In this document: positions 1-8,075 of the stretch, one piece after another
How the letters are laid out: each line of letters begins with the position of its first letter
Position numbering within the stretch: position 1 is the first letter of the stretch
DNA from: an uncultured Candidatus Saccharibacteria bacterium
GTDB taxonomy: Bacteria; Patescibacteriota; Saccharimonadia; Saccharimonadales; Saccharimonadaceae
Assembly: GCA_964388795.1 (NCBI GenBank)
Contig: CAYMBV010000001.1
Span: 238,701 to 302,700 of the forward strand
Length of the DNA: 64,000 bases
Direction of reading: 5' to 3'
Translations under genes and position numbers: made by a program
Notes under the pieces: model-generated
What the model was told of the DNA's origin: nothing
What the model saw: only the letters and a program-made list of their open reading frames with translations
Database searches by the model: none

Positions 1-1502
1 TTAGTCTTGTGCCTAACATCAAATTGAATATCATCCCGTTTGACGTTTCCTATATATTTAACTGGTGTCATATTGAGAGAATCAACAATCTCTTGATACA
101 TATTCTCATCACCGCCGAAGGTTGCTGTCGCCGTGAATGTCACGATAGGGAAACGCTGTTGCGAATGTTTATCGTTTCGTAAGCGCTGGATAAATTCACC
201 CAAGTACCAATAATCAGGACGGAAGCTTTTTCCCCAAGTTGCAACAATATGCGCCTCATCGACAATGAAGAGACCTATTTTACGATCCCCTATGAGGCTA
301 GTGATGTCAGAGTTTGAAAGAAGCGATTCTGGCGAAAGGTATAAGATAGAAACTTCCCCACTTTTTACGCGTTCAAGTGTGCTCTCTTTTTCAAGCGGTG
401 TGTAATCAGAGTTAATTGTAGCGGCCACGTTTGTCATGCTTTGAATATTTTCAATTTGATCATTCATGAGACCGATCAGCGGACTGACAACTATCGTTAG
501 CAGGTTCTCTTTTTCTGCTAGGTAAATGGCCGGAATCTGAAACATGACAGATTTTCCAGCACCCGTCGGGGCTGTAACGAAAACATCACGAAATACTTTT
601 TCTTCAACAGAGTTTGTGCTGTTTTTAACTATGTCATCAATAATTTGGATTTGGTTTACGTAGGATAGAGATGTATCTTCGTATGGATCGGTATATACGG
701 GTATATCGTAGAAGTCGTAGTTTGGATTTTTTCGATGAAGAATACTTCTATAAGCATTGGCCCTGTCTTGATCTATCTCCTCGGGCTCGGTGCGATACTC
801 TTTGTATTCAATGCCAATACCTAGCGATTTCAAGACATTGGCAAGCTCGACCAGTTTATGTTGTTCTCGAACCTCACTCGCTATGATGGCATGAGAGATA
901 CCGTCACTTATGATCGATAGTACGATCTCGGAGTATGTAACATTATCAAACTCCTCTGGTATTTCGATAGAGCTACCTGACAAGCTGGGGTTCACAGGCG
1001 ACTCTAAAAAGGAGCTAACTGTTAAAGTCTGATTGAATTCAGACGTGGAAAGATTATAAATAATATATCCGTTGTCTCCGCGTATCTGATAGTCGCTGTA
1101 ATAGGTTTGGATATGATTGTCTGTATCTGATTGATAAAGAGCCTGCTTGGCAAGCGATTCAGACTTAGTCAATGAATCGGGGTAATACGAACTAAAGATA
1201 TCGTTCTGTACACAAACCACTTCGTAGCTGTACATCTTTGGGATGCCAGCTAAAGAGTTATTCGAAAGCCAGAGAAAAGCCTCCGCTGAAAAATATATTG
1301 GCTTACCAGACTGGAAGGCGCTATTCAGCGCAGTCAAGTCAATAGTTATATCTTCATCAGCAGAGGGCAAATCAAGAAACTGTGAGGTTTCGTCTAAATC
1401 GTTAGAAATTATATCAAGCCAACGATTAAAGCCTACAAGTACGTAAAGGTTTTTTGTATTTGGAAGCTGACTTATCGCTGACGAGATATTATTTTGGATC
1501 AC
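1..1502 (-). CDS. RecQ-family SF2 helicase with ~300-aa N-terminal extension (5' part; continues off the left edge)
   Basis: Missing from the ORF track; translated by hand. Frame is open from 1523 to the edge. Walker A DVFVTAPTGAGKS (~552-587), SPLIGLMNDQ, YLSPESL, Walker B FIVDEAHIVATWGKSFRPDY (~220-266), TATA motif. First usable start is GTG at 1502; start uncertain. Confidence 0.85.
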   Translation of the reverse strand, partial: MIQNNISSAISQLPNTKNLYVLVGFNRWLDIISNDLDETSQFLDLPSADEDITIDLTALNSAFQSGKPIYFSAEAFLWLSNNSLAGIPKMYSYEVVCVQNDIFSSYYPDSLTKSESLAKQALYQSDTDNHIQTYYSDYQIRGDNGYIIYNLSTSEFNQTLTVSSFLESPVNPSLSGSSIEIPEEFDNVTYSEIVLSIISDGISHAIIASEVREQHKLVELANVLKSLGIGIEYKEYRTEPEEIDQDRANAYRSILHRKNPNYDFYDIPVYTDPYEDTSLSYVNQIQIIDDIVKNSTNSVEEKVFRDVFVTAPTGAGKSVMFQIPAIYLAEKENLLTIVVSPLIGLMNDQIENIQSMTNVAATINSDYTPLEKESTLERVKSGEVSILYLSPESLLSNSDITSLIGDRKIGLFIVDEAHIVATWGKSFRPDYWYLGEFIQRLRNDKHSQQRFPIVTFTATATFGGDENMYQEIVDSLNMTPVKYIGNVKRDDIQFDVRHKT

Positions 1503-1695
1503 TCTGAACTTTTCCTGATATAGCTATTTTTAAACGATGATGTTCTTACTACAGTGTACTACTAACCTCCCCATCCTGCACTAGCTGGCGTGTGATGATA
1601 CAAAAAAAGATCTAGGGAATAGGTCTGGCTTTGGGCTGCTTGCTCCTTCGGGACAAAAAGGGCAGGGTTCGAACTAAATTACAGGGGTGAACACG

Positions 1696-1719
1696 AAAAA
1701 ACCGCCCTTTCGGACGGTT
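1696..1719 (-). terminator. Intrinsic terminator downstream of tRNA-Asn
   Basis: Minus strand AACCGTCC-GAAA-GGGCGGTT followed by a T-run. Confidence 0.8.
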
Positions 1720-1827
1720 CTAACGGTTTTGTACCTTTGTGGTGACATCTAGTACTCTTGTCTGGCTCAAAGGGTAAATCTGACCTTTCGGTCAGGGAAC
1801 CCGGTCTGGGTATTTACCTGCTGAGCT

Positions 1828-1902
1828 TGGCTCCGGCAGCTGGGCTCGAACCAGCGACCTTGTCGTTAACAGCGACCTGCTCTACCACTGAGCTATGCCG
1901 GA
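1828..1902 (-). tRNA. tRNA-Asn (GTT)
   Basis: TCCGGCATAGCTCAGTGGTAGAGCAGGTCGCT-GTT-AACGACAAGGTCGCTGGTTCGAGCCCAGCTGCCGGAGCCA; cloverleaf with encoded CCA. Confidence 0.97.
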
Positions 1903-1913
1903 ATACTTGACGT

Positions 1914-1942
1914 ATTATACCGCTCATACCAGGGGTAGTCAA
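1914..1942 (-). promoter_or_regulatory. Sigma70-type promoter of tRNA-Asn
   Basis: TTGACT (1937-1942), 17-bp spacer, TATAAT (1914-1919) on the minus strand. Confidence 0.85.
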
Positions 1943-2016
1943 GGGGGCAAACTGCTGGCGGCTGACAAATAAGTAAACGGGGCATAACCCCCGTCTACCT
2001 CATTACTCTCTATTTT

Positions 2017-3663
2017 CTAGTTGCTTGCCTGTCGGCGACGCGCCAGCATGAAGAGCGCTGCTGCTGCGATAACGCCGAGGCCGGCAACGATTACCGGGTT
2101 CTTCGCCACAACTTGCAACACACCGGTGTTTGGTGCATCTGGATCGGTGCCGTCAGCAAGTGCCGTCAAGACCACATCGTTACCGTCACCACCAACATAG
2201 CTAATACTGAAGGTAACACCGCCGACGCTGAGCTGTGCGCCTTCTGCGAGGCCGTCAAAGGTACCTTGAACGTCTGTGGTGCTGCGGTTGTCGATAATGG
2301 TGAAGCTGTCACCTGTTTTCACAGACCAGCCCTCAGAGAGTACAGCGTTGAGTGTCGCGCCCGAACTAAATGATACTGCGCTACCGCTGTCCGAGTAATC
2401 CTCACCGACGACAAGCTTATCATAGGTAGACGTATTCAAGATCTCAGTTTGGTAAGTACCGTCCAACGCGAACGACTCAAGAATAGTCATTGTTCCAGGT
2501 GAATTTCCTGGGGCAATAGCTCCACCATCACTCACATAAACATCAGTTGCTGTTCCGGTACCCTTGAGGAGACCACCAGCACCAACCGAGATAGCATTGC
2601 GTGTTCCGTTAAGGACTGCTGTTTGGTTGTTGCCAACGCTGACGAACGTAGAAGACGTGCCATCAAGATTCAGTGTCTGCTTCGGCGCTTCCTCTTGGCC
2701 CTGTGGCGTTGTCAGTGTGCCGGAAGTACCACCCTTAACGGTAAATTTATGTCCGTTTGTTGTGTAAGGTCCGTTAATAATAAGGTTGTTTTCGCCAGCG
2801 TAAAAGAAGTTACTTGTCAGGGTCACAGCACCAGTGAGTGTCAGGTTGAGTGCTGGGCCACTTCCGCCTGCGCAGCCGGTAATATAGCCCTGTACTGCAC
2901 TAAACGAACCGGTTCCACCAAGGGTAAATGGTTCAGCGACCGTCTTATTTACTCCGTGAACAATTGCAAGCCTTCCAGCGCCAGATACGGTCGTTCCCTG
3001 AGCGCTAGTTCCCAGCGAGTCAGCACCAATTGCCGCCCAGCCGGTAACGTTAATCAACCCAGCATACGTAGTGTTTGCACCAGAGACATTGACCATATCA
3101 CCAACAAGGTTAAGCGCTCCTGTGCCGCTCAAGTTACTAGAAAGCGACAGGCCACACCCCGAGGTGCCAGAGATGGTTAGCGCATTCGCCTGTAGGTTAA
3201 GCGTTGCACCCTCACCACCAATATCAACCTTAGTAATAGTCACTGGAGCAGCAAGGGTTAAGTTGTTTCGAATAATCGGAACAATGTACGATGCGTTTGT
3301 ACCAGTAATCGTGTTCTGGACATTGCCCGTGAGGGTAAGGGCATTTCCCGTAAGGGTATAAGAATCCCACCCTGAAGTGCTACCGACGAAAGAAATACCA
3401 GCGACACTCAAGCCAGTAAGGTCATTAGTGAGCCCTTGCTGGTCTGTGATACCAGTGGCATCGAATGTCAGCGTGTCACCATTTTGTGGTACTGCGTTAG
3501 TACTCCAGTTATCAGCGTCGGCGAATGTCGTTCCATCACCTGCGCCGGTCCACTGGAGCGATGCCGCCGAAGCAAATTGTACGTTTGTAAATGACAGCGC
3601 AGTTGTTGCGAACACGAACAACAGCGCAGCAGATACATACTTTGTTTTTTGAGCTAGTTTCAT
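2017..3663 (-). CDS. Secreted beta-helix / autotransporter-passenger-like surface protein with C-terminal APNTG sorting signal
   Basis: Signal peptide (…FASA|ASLQ); WTGAGDGTTFADADNW start; Gly/Thr-rich beta-strand repeats; GGAIAPGNSPG and SYVGGDGNDVVL motifs; C-terminal APNTG + hydrophobic helix + RRR tail. Confidence 0.8.
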   Translation of the reverse strand: MKLAQKTKYVSAALLFVFATTALSFTNVQFASAASLQWTGAGDGTTFADADNWSTNAVPQNGDTLTFDATGITDQQGLTNDLTGLSVAGISFVGSTSGWDSYTLTGNALTLTGNVQNTITGTNASYIVPIIRNNLTLAAPVTITKVDIGGEGATLNLQANALTISGTSGCGLSLSSNLSGTGALNLVGDMVNVSGANTTYAGLINVTGWAAIGADSLGTSAQGTTVSGAGRLAIVHGVNKTVAEPFTLGGTGSFSAVQGYITGCAGGSGPALNLTLTGAVTLTSNFFYAGENNLIINGPYTTNGHKFTVKGGTSGTLTTPQGQEEAPKQTLNLDGTSSTFVSVGNNQTAVLNGTRNAISVGAGGLLKGTGTATDVYVSDGGAIAPGNSPGTMTILESFALDGTYQTEILNTSTYDKLVVGEDYSDSGSAVSFSSGATLNAVLSEGWSVKTGDSFTIIDNRSTTDVQGTFDGLAEGAQLSVGGVTFSISYVGGDGNDVVLTALADGTDPDAPNTGVLQVVAKNPVIVAGLGVIAAAALFMLARRRQASN

Positions 3664-3748
3664 TTTTTAACCCTTTTTGTTTTTATGGATTTTATCTAGT
3701 GTAGCATTTCAAGCTGACGCTAAGCAAGCACCTTTAAGTATCCAGAAG

Positions 3749-4774
3749 TTAAGATACTTGTTCTGTGTACACAACGACGCGGTGGTCGAAGGTTTTCTTC
3801 TCTTCAATCCACTTTCCAGTGCAGGTCATAATATTGAGGCCTCGCGTTACACCATTAACTGGCAGCAGGACTTTTTTCATATCCAGCCCTTCGAGCGGCA
3901 CAACTTCGGTTTTTACGACTCGATACTTCAGTTTGGTGCCATCGCCTTTTTCTACCTGTAGCGTATCGCCCTTCGTAAGTTTATCCAGGTAGGCAAACAG
4001 CCCTTGGCGAGTTGGCCCAGAGGCGTGGCCGTCAATAAACACCGCGCCCACTTCGCCGGGTTTCACGCTGCCGTTATACCAGCCTGCGTCGTAAATATTT
4101 ACTGGTGCCTGGACCGCGCCATTGGCGTTAACGCTCATAGGCAAAACGCGAGCGGCTACATTAATCTTATCAATAAAAAGTGCTCGTGGTAGGGAAGCAG
4201 CGACGGTATAGTTTGCCAGCGCATTGGTTTCAACGACCGTTTCGTCTTTCCCTTCAGCCTCAACGGCATACTGCCCCACACCGCCCACCAGGCCAGTACT
4301 AGTTGTAAGCACCCCACCCGCTTTCACTTGCCTGTTGGTGAGCCACGTATCGATACTGACGTATCCCGTTACGCCCACTAGCAGCACGGCCGCAAACACC
4401 AAAAATAATCGCTTTAGATCCTTAGTTTTACGCTTTTCACGTACTAAGCTTTTTCGAGCATTTTGCAAAGCTTTCTCGAGCGCTCGTTGCTTTGCAGTAG
4501 GCGCAAGGGTTTCAATAGTATTTGTTACCGGTGTCTCACTGACTAATGTTTCGGTAATCTCGGTAATCGTTGTTACTCCCGATGGCTCGGGTGCCTGTTG
4601 CTGCATAAGACTACTGCTCACAGCTGGCTTCGGCGCTGGTATGACATCTTGCATCACTACCGTGCGACGCTCATACACCATTCGCTGGCCCGCATTGGCA
4701 GACTGAACCGGCTCGGTAGGCCGAGGCGGCGGGGTAATTTGGGTTCGTGGGTGCGGAACGATATCTTGTTGCAT
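3749..4774 (-). CDS. Class F sortase with long N-terminal cytoplasmic region
   Basis: Single TM helix, then RALFIDKINV, DAGWY, FIDGHASG (His), LNIMTCTG (Cys), DHRVVV (Arg). Confidence 0.9.
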   Translation of the reverse strand: MQQDIVPHPRTQITPPPRPTEPVQSANAGQRMVYERRTVVMQDVIPAPKPAVSSSLMQQQAPEPSGVTTITEITETLVSETPVTNTIETLAPTAKQRALEKALQNARKSLVREKRKTKDLKRLFLVFAAVLLVGVTGYVSIDTWLTNRQVKAGGVLTTSTGLVGGVGQYAVEAEGKDETVVETNALANYTVAASLPRALFIDKINVAARVLPMSVNANGAVQAPVNIYDAGWYNGSVKPGEVGAVFIDGHASGPTRQGLFAYLDKLTKGDTLQVEKGDGTKLKYRVVKTEVVPLEGLDMKKVLLPVNGVTRGLNIMTCTGKWIEEKKTFDHRVVVYTEQVS

Positions 4775-4838
4775 GTTGTTTTTGAAAGTGACGTAAGCCT
4801 TATATTAAACCTTTTATCACAGTGTCTTACTTATGCTT

Positions 4839-4867
4839 ATAGTACTGGCTGACGAACCCGGTGTCAA
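4839..4867 (-). promoter_or_regulatory. Sigma70-type promoter of the sortase gene
   Basis: TTGACA (4862-4867), 17-bp spacer, TACTAT (4839-4844) on the minus strand. Confidence 0.75.
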
Positions 4868-4873
4868 ACCCAG

Positions 4874-5344
4874 CTATCGCCCAACAATGGCTGCTAATTT
4901 ACTGCGCATTGCCTCGTAAGCTCCGTCAAAACCCAGCACTTTTAGCGCGCCAATCAGCACATACAATTCATCTAGTGTTATTTGGTCCTTCTTTTGGCCG
5001 TAGAGTGTGAATCGTGCGTTCACCGCATCAACCAGCCATTTTTCTCGCGCCGTGCGTGCCGCACCGGTGCCACCAGACAACACACCAGGATCGCCCGCTT
5101 TAGTGGGGCCGGTGCCAGTACCGTAGGTCGCTGAAATGACTTCAAGCGATCGCGCCGAATTATCACGCTTTTGCAAATAACCGCGCTCGATCAACCCATT
5201 AATATGCACGGCAACCGTTGAAACCGATTTATACCCAAGCCCACTCATAACTTCGCGGTAACTCGGTCCGTAACCATGCTCTTTAATAAAGGCGTCTACC
5301 CACAATAGCAATTCGCGCTGGCGTTTCGTTGATCGTTCGGTCAT
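4874..5344 (-). CDS. LexA-type winged-helix DNA-binding protein lacking the S24 peptidase domain
   Basis: TKRQRELL…FIKEHGYGPSYREV…LGYKSVSTVAVHINGLIERGYL…SARSLEV matches the LexA N-domain; no Ala-Gly site/Ser-Lys peptidase fold follows. Confidence 0.85.
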   Translation of the reverse strand: MTERSTKRQRELLLWVDAFIKEHGYGPSYREVMSGLGYKSVSTVAVHINGLIERGYLQKRDNSARSLEVISATYGTGTGPTKAGDPGVLSGGTGAARTAREKWLVDAVNARFTLYGQKKDQITLDELYVLIGALKVLGFDGAYEAMRSKLAAIVGR

Positions 5345-6615
5345 AAGTGCTCCTTACTGCGGGCCAAGACCATTGCCGCTAAGCCCCACCAAATAAGTGC
5401 CACCGTCTCATCCGCCCATACCGGCAGCAACATACCAATAACCAGCATGCCAATGCCGCTGGCGAACACCCCTAACGCCAGCCAATTTCGCCGCCGTTGC
5501 CATAATTTCTCTAACACTAAGTACGAAATAACGGTGAAGATTGCCAACCCAAGCCACCCAACTTCGTGTGCAATAAACAATAACTGGTTCTCGATAATAA
5601 CCGTTTTTTCACTCAATATCGACGCCGAACCTGTGCTGCCAATACCTCCGCCAAATGGTTGCTGGACCATACGCGCAAAACCATCGATAAGCGATTCAAC
5701 ATGCCCATCATTCGAGTTCGTGTCGTTCCCTTCGTGCGGATCTTCGTGCAAAATAACCTGCGACACAATCGGCGTCTCTCGAAGCACGAACAAACTACCG
5801 GCCAGCACCAACCCGGCAACTGCCAGCCCAACCCAGGCTATTTTCTTCACACGCCGCCCAAACACAACCAAGGCAATAATGACAACCGCGACTGCCAAAG
5901 CAAGACCAGCACTGCGTGAGTAACTAGACCATAGTGCCACCATGCTGCCGATTCCTAGGCCAGCAACCAGCCACACCTGCCACTTATCAAGCTTCTGTGG
6001 GCGACGCAGCCACAGCGCACCAAGGAACGCAAATACTATAACGGCATAAGCGCCCAACGGGTTCGGGCCGCGCAATGTGCTGTTAATACGAACGAAGTCC
6101 ATATTTTCGTCGACGGTTAAGAACGGTGCAATGGTTGCATTGCTATAGCCAATATATTTCAAAACATCATGCGGCAAGACCGTCGCCTGCAACAGCGCAA
6201 AACCCACTACTACCACCGCACCCGCAATAAATACCTTCACAAACAGCCCATACCACTTTGGATAGAGCCGCAGCGCCACAAATACTAAAACAAAGAACAA
6301 CAGATAGCGTAGATTAATCAGAAGCCCGGCAGTCGTCGCCTCAAAGCCAGTATAAAACAGGGGAATAAGGGCGATATTAAGCGCCGCAAACGCACCAATC
6401 AGCCAAAACAGCGGCGTATGAAACTGCGGCCAAGCCTTACGACGCGTCACTAAAATAATAGCCAAAACCAGCGCAACCCCTAGCAGTATTTCTTTCCAAG
6501 ATTTAATCAGTAACGAATAATCTGGCAACAGCGTTCCCAATCCAACCGAAAGCGGCGCGTGTAAAACAATTCCACCAAATACCACCAGGAGTATCGCCAC
6601 AAAAAGTTTATCCAT
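5341..6615 (-). CDS. O-antigen ligase / Wzy_C-like polytopic membrane protein
   Basis: ~12 TM segments; RINSTLRGPNPLGAY, SYSRSA, GGGIGS and ENQLL…E.G motifs typical of WaaL/Wzy_C. Confidence 0.8.
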   Translation of the reverse strand: MDKLFVAILLVVFGGIVLHAPLSVGLGTLLPDYSLLIKSWKEILLGVALVLAIILVTRRKAWPQFHTPLFWLIGAFAALNIALIPLFYTGFEATTAGLLINLRYLLFFVLVFVALRLYPKWYGLFVKVFIAGAVVVVGFALLQATVLPHDVLKYIGYSNATIAPFLTVDENMDFVRINSTLRGPNPLGAYAVIVFAFLGALWLRRPQKLDKWQVWLVAGLGIGSMVALWSSYSRSAGLALAVAVVIIALVVFGRRVKKIAWVGLAVAGLVLAGSLFVLRETPIVSQVILHEDPHEGNDTNSNDGHVESLIDGFARMVQQPFGGGIGSTGSASILSEKTVIIENQLLFIAHEVGWLGLAIFTVISYLVLEKLWQRRRNWLALGVFASGIGMLVIGMLLPVWADETVALIWWGLAAMVLARSKEHL

Positions 6616-6635
6616 ATAATGCTATAATACCACTT
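6616..6635. promoter_or_regulatory. Overlapping divergent -10 elements for two near-leaderless genes
   Basis: Plus strand TGcTATAAT (-10 at 6623-6628), 7 nt before ATG 6636; minus strand TATTAT (6624-6629), 8 nt before ATG 6615. Confidence 0.65.
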
Positions 6636-8072
6636 ATGACACGCCGTAATTCCAAGCTCTACAGCTTTACCCTTATTCTGGTCGACGCTCTCGTTCTTAT
6701 TGCCGCCTTTTCCCTGGCCTACATTGCCCGCGTTTGGTATGACCCGCGGCCACTGCTGCATAATATCTACGGGTTCGACTACCTGTTTTCATTCCTGCTG
6801 ATTGTTCCGTTCTGGATTCTTATTTTTGCGCTGATTGGCCTGTACCAACCAAAAACGTACAACCGCCGGCTTATCGAATGGAGCAAACTGCTGATTGGTT
6901 CGTTCTTGGGTATCCTCTTAATTATTGGCTGGGAATATGTCAGTGATAAAGAATTCTTCCCTGCTCGCTTGGTCGCCGTGTACGCCTTAGTTGGCTCATT
7001 CGTCCTGGTCGTCGCTGTGCGTGAAATTATGCGGCTTGTCCGCACTTTGAGCTTCCGCTACGGAAAAGGGATTCGTCGCGTCTTGCTGATTGGCTCGTCA
7101 GACGTCGTCAACGACATCGCCCGTAACCTTGCCGACACGGCACATAGCGGCTACAAAGTTGTTGCGCTTGCCGGGCCGAAAAGAATTATCACCAGCACCC
7201 AGCATGGCCTTCATTTTTCATCCCCCGAAGCTGCCCTGAAACAAATTGACGAACTGGGTGTTTCAACCATTATCCAAACCGACCTGTACGAAAACCCTCA
7301 GCGTAACCAAGCGATTCTTTCAGCCGCCCAAAACCGGCACATCGACTATTGTTTTATTCCGGGTGAATCTGAGTTCTATTCGGGTAAAAACACGGTCGAC
7401 GTTTTCCTGGGCTACCCAATGATTACTGTTTACCAAACACCATTAGTTGGCTGGGGCGCCATTGTGAAAAGCATCTTCGATTTCGTGGTAAGTTTAGTGT
7501 TAGTTATTATTTTGTTGCCGTTCCTTCTGGTCATTTACCTTATTAAAAAGATTGCCGACCCAGGACCAGCCTTTTACATCAGCAAGCGCCTCAGCCGCTT
7601 CTCTGAGCCGATTGGACTTATTAAGTTCCGCAGCATGGGCGCACAGTATGGGGGCAAGGATGCCGCTGACGAGTTCCGCGCCATGGGTCGTGAAGACCTT
7701 GCCATAGAATACGAAAAAAACCGGAAGGTAGAAAACGATCCACGTATTACCAAGTTTGGTCAGTGGCTGCGCAAAACCTCTATCGACGAATTCCCACAGA
7801 TCTTTAACGTCTTAAAGGGCGATTTAAGCCTGGTGGGACCGCGCCCAATTTTACCGCAGGAAGTGAAACTGGCGAAAGGCCGCGCCGCGCTTCTGCACAG
7901 TGTCAAATCGGGTATGACTGGCCTGTGGCAAGTATCTGGCCGTAGTGAACTTAACTTTGATGAACGTATTGAACTTGAGGTGTTTTACGCACAAAACTGG
8001 AGTTTTTGGCTTGATATTAAAATCTTATTTAAGACTTTTTGGGTCGTCGTCAAAGGTAAGGGGGCAAAGTAG
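6636..8072 (+). CDS. Priming polyprenyl-phosphate glycosyl-1-phosphate transferase (WcaJ/CpsE family)
   Basis: N-terminal TMs, Rossmann-like LLIGSS region, C-terminal KFRSM…DPRITKFG…LRKTSIDEFPQIFNVLKGDLSLVGPRP…GMTGLWQVSGRS. Confidence 0.95.
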   Translation: MTRRNSKLYSFTLILVDALVLIAAFSLAYIARVWYDPRPLLHNIYGFDYLFSFLLIVPFWILIFALIGLYQPKTYNRRLIEWSKLLIGSFLGILLIIGWEYVSDKEFFPARLVAVYALVGSFVLVVAVREIMRLVRTLSFRYGKGIRRVLLIGSSDVVNDIARNLADTAHSGYKVVALAGPKRIITSTQHGLHFSSPEAALKQIDELGVSTIIQTDLYENPQRNQAILSAAQNRHIDYCFIPGESEFYSGKNTVDVFLGYPMITVYQTPLVGWGAIVKSIFDFVVSLVLVIILLPFLLVIYLIKKIADPGPAFYISKRLSRFSEPIGLIKFRSMGAQYGGKDAADEFRAMGREDLAIEYEKNRKVENDPRITKFGQWLRKTSIDEFPQIFNVLKGDLSLVGPRPILPQEVKLAKGRAALLHSVKSGMTGLWQVSGRSELNFDERIELEVFYAQNWSFWLDIKILFKTFWVVVKGKGAK

Positions 8073-8075
8073 GGA

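Noticed and set aside
1620-1680. SRP (4.5S) RNA, suggested by minus-strand TCC-CGAA-GGAGCAAGCAGCC
   Set aside because: Lacks the conserved 5' CAGG strand and GNRA loop of helix 8; the resemblance is partial.
1860-1878. tRNA-Asn as a pseudogene because of a G-A mismatch at the top of the anticodon stem
   Set aside because: A single 27-43 mismatch is tolerated; the other arms, CCA, promoter and terminator are intact.
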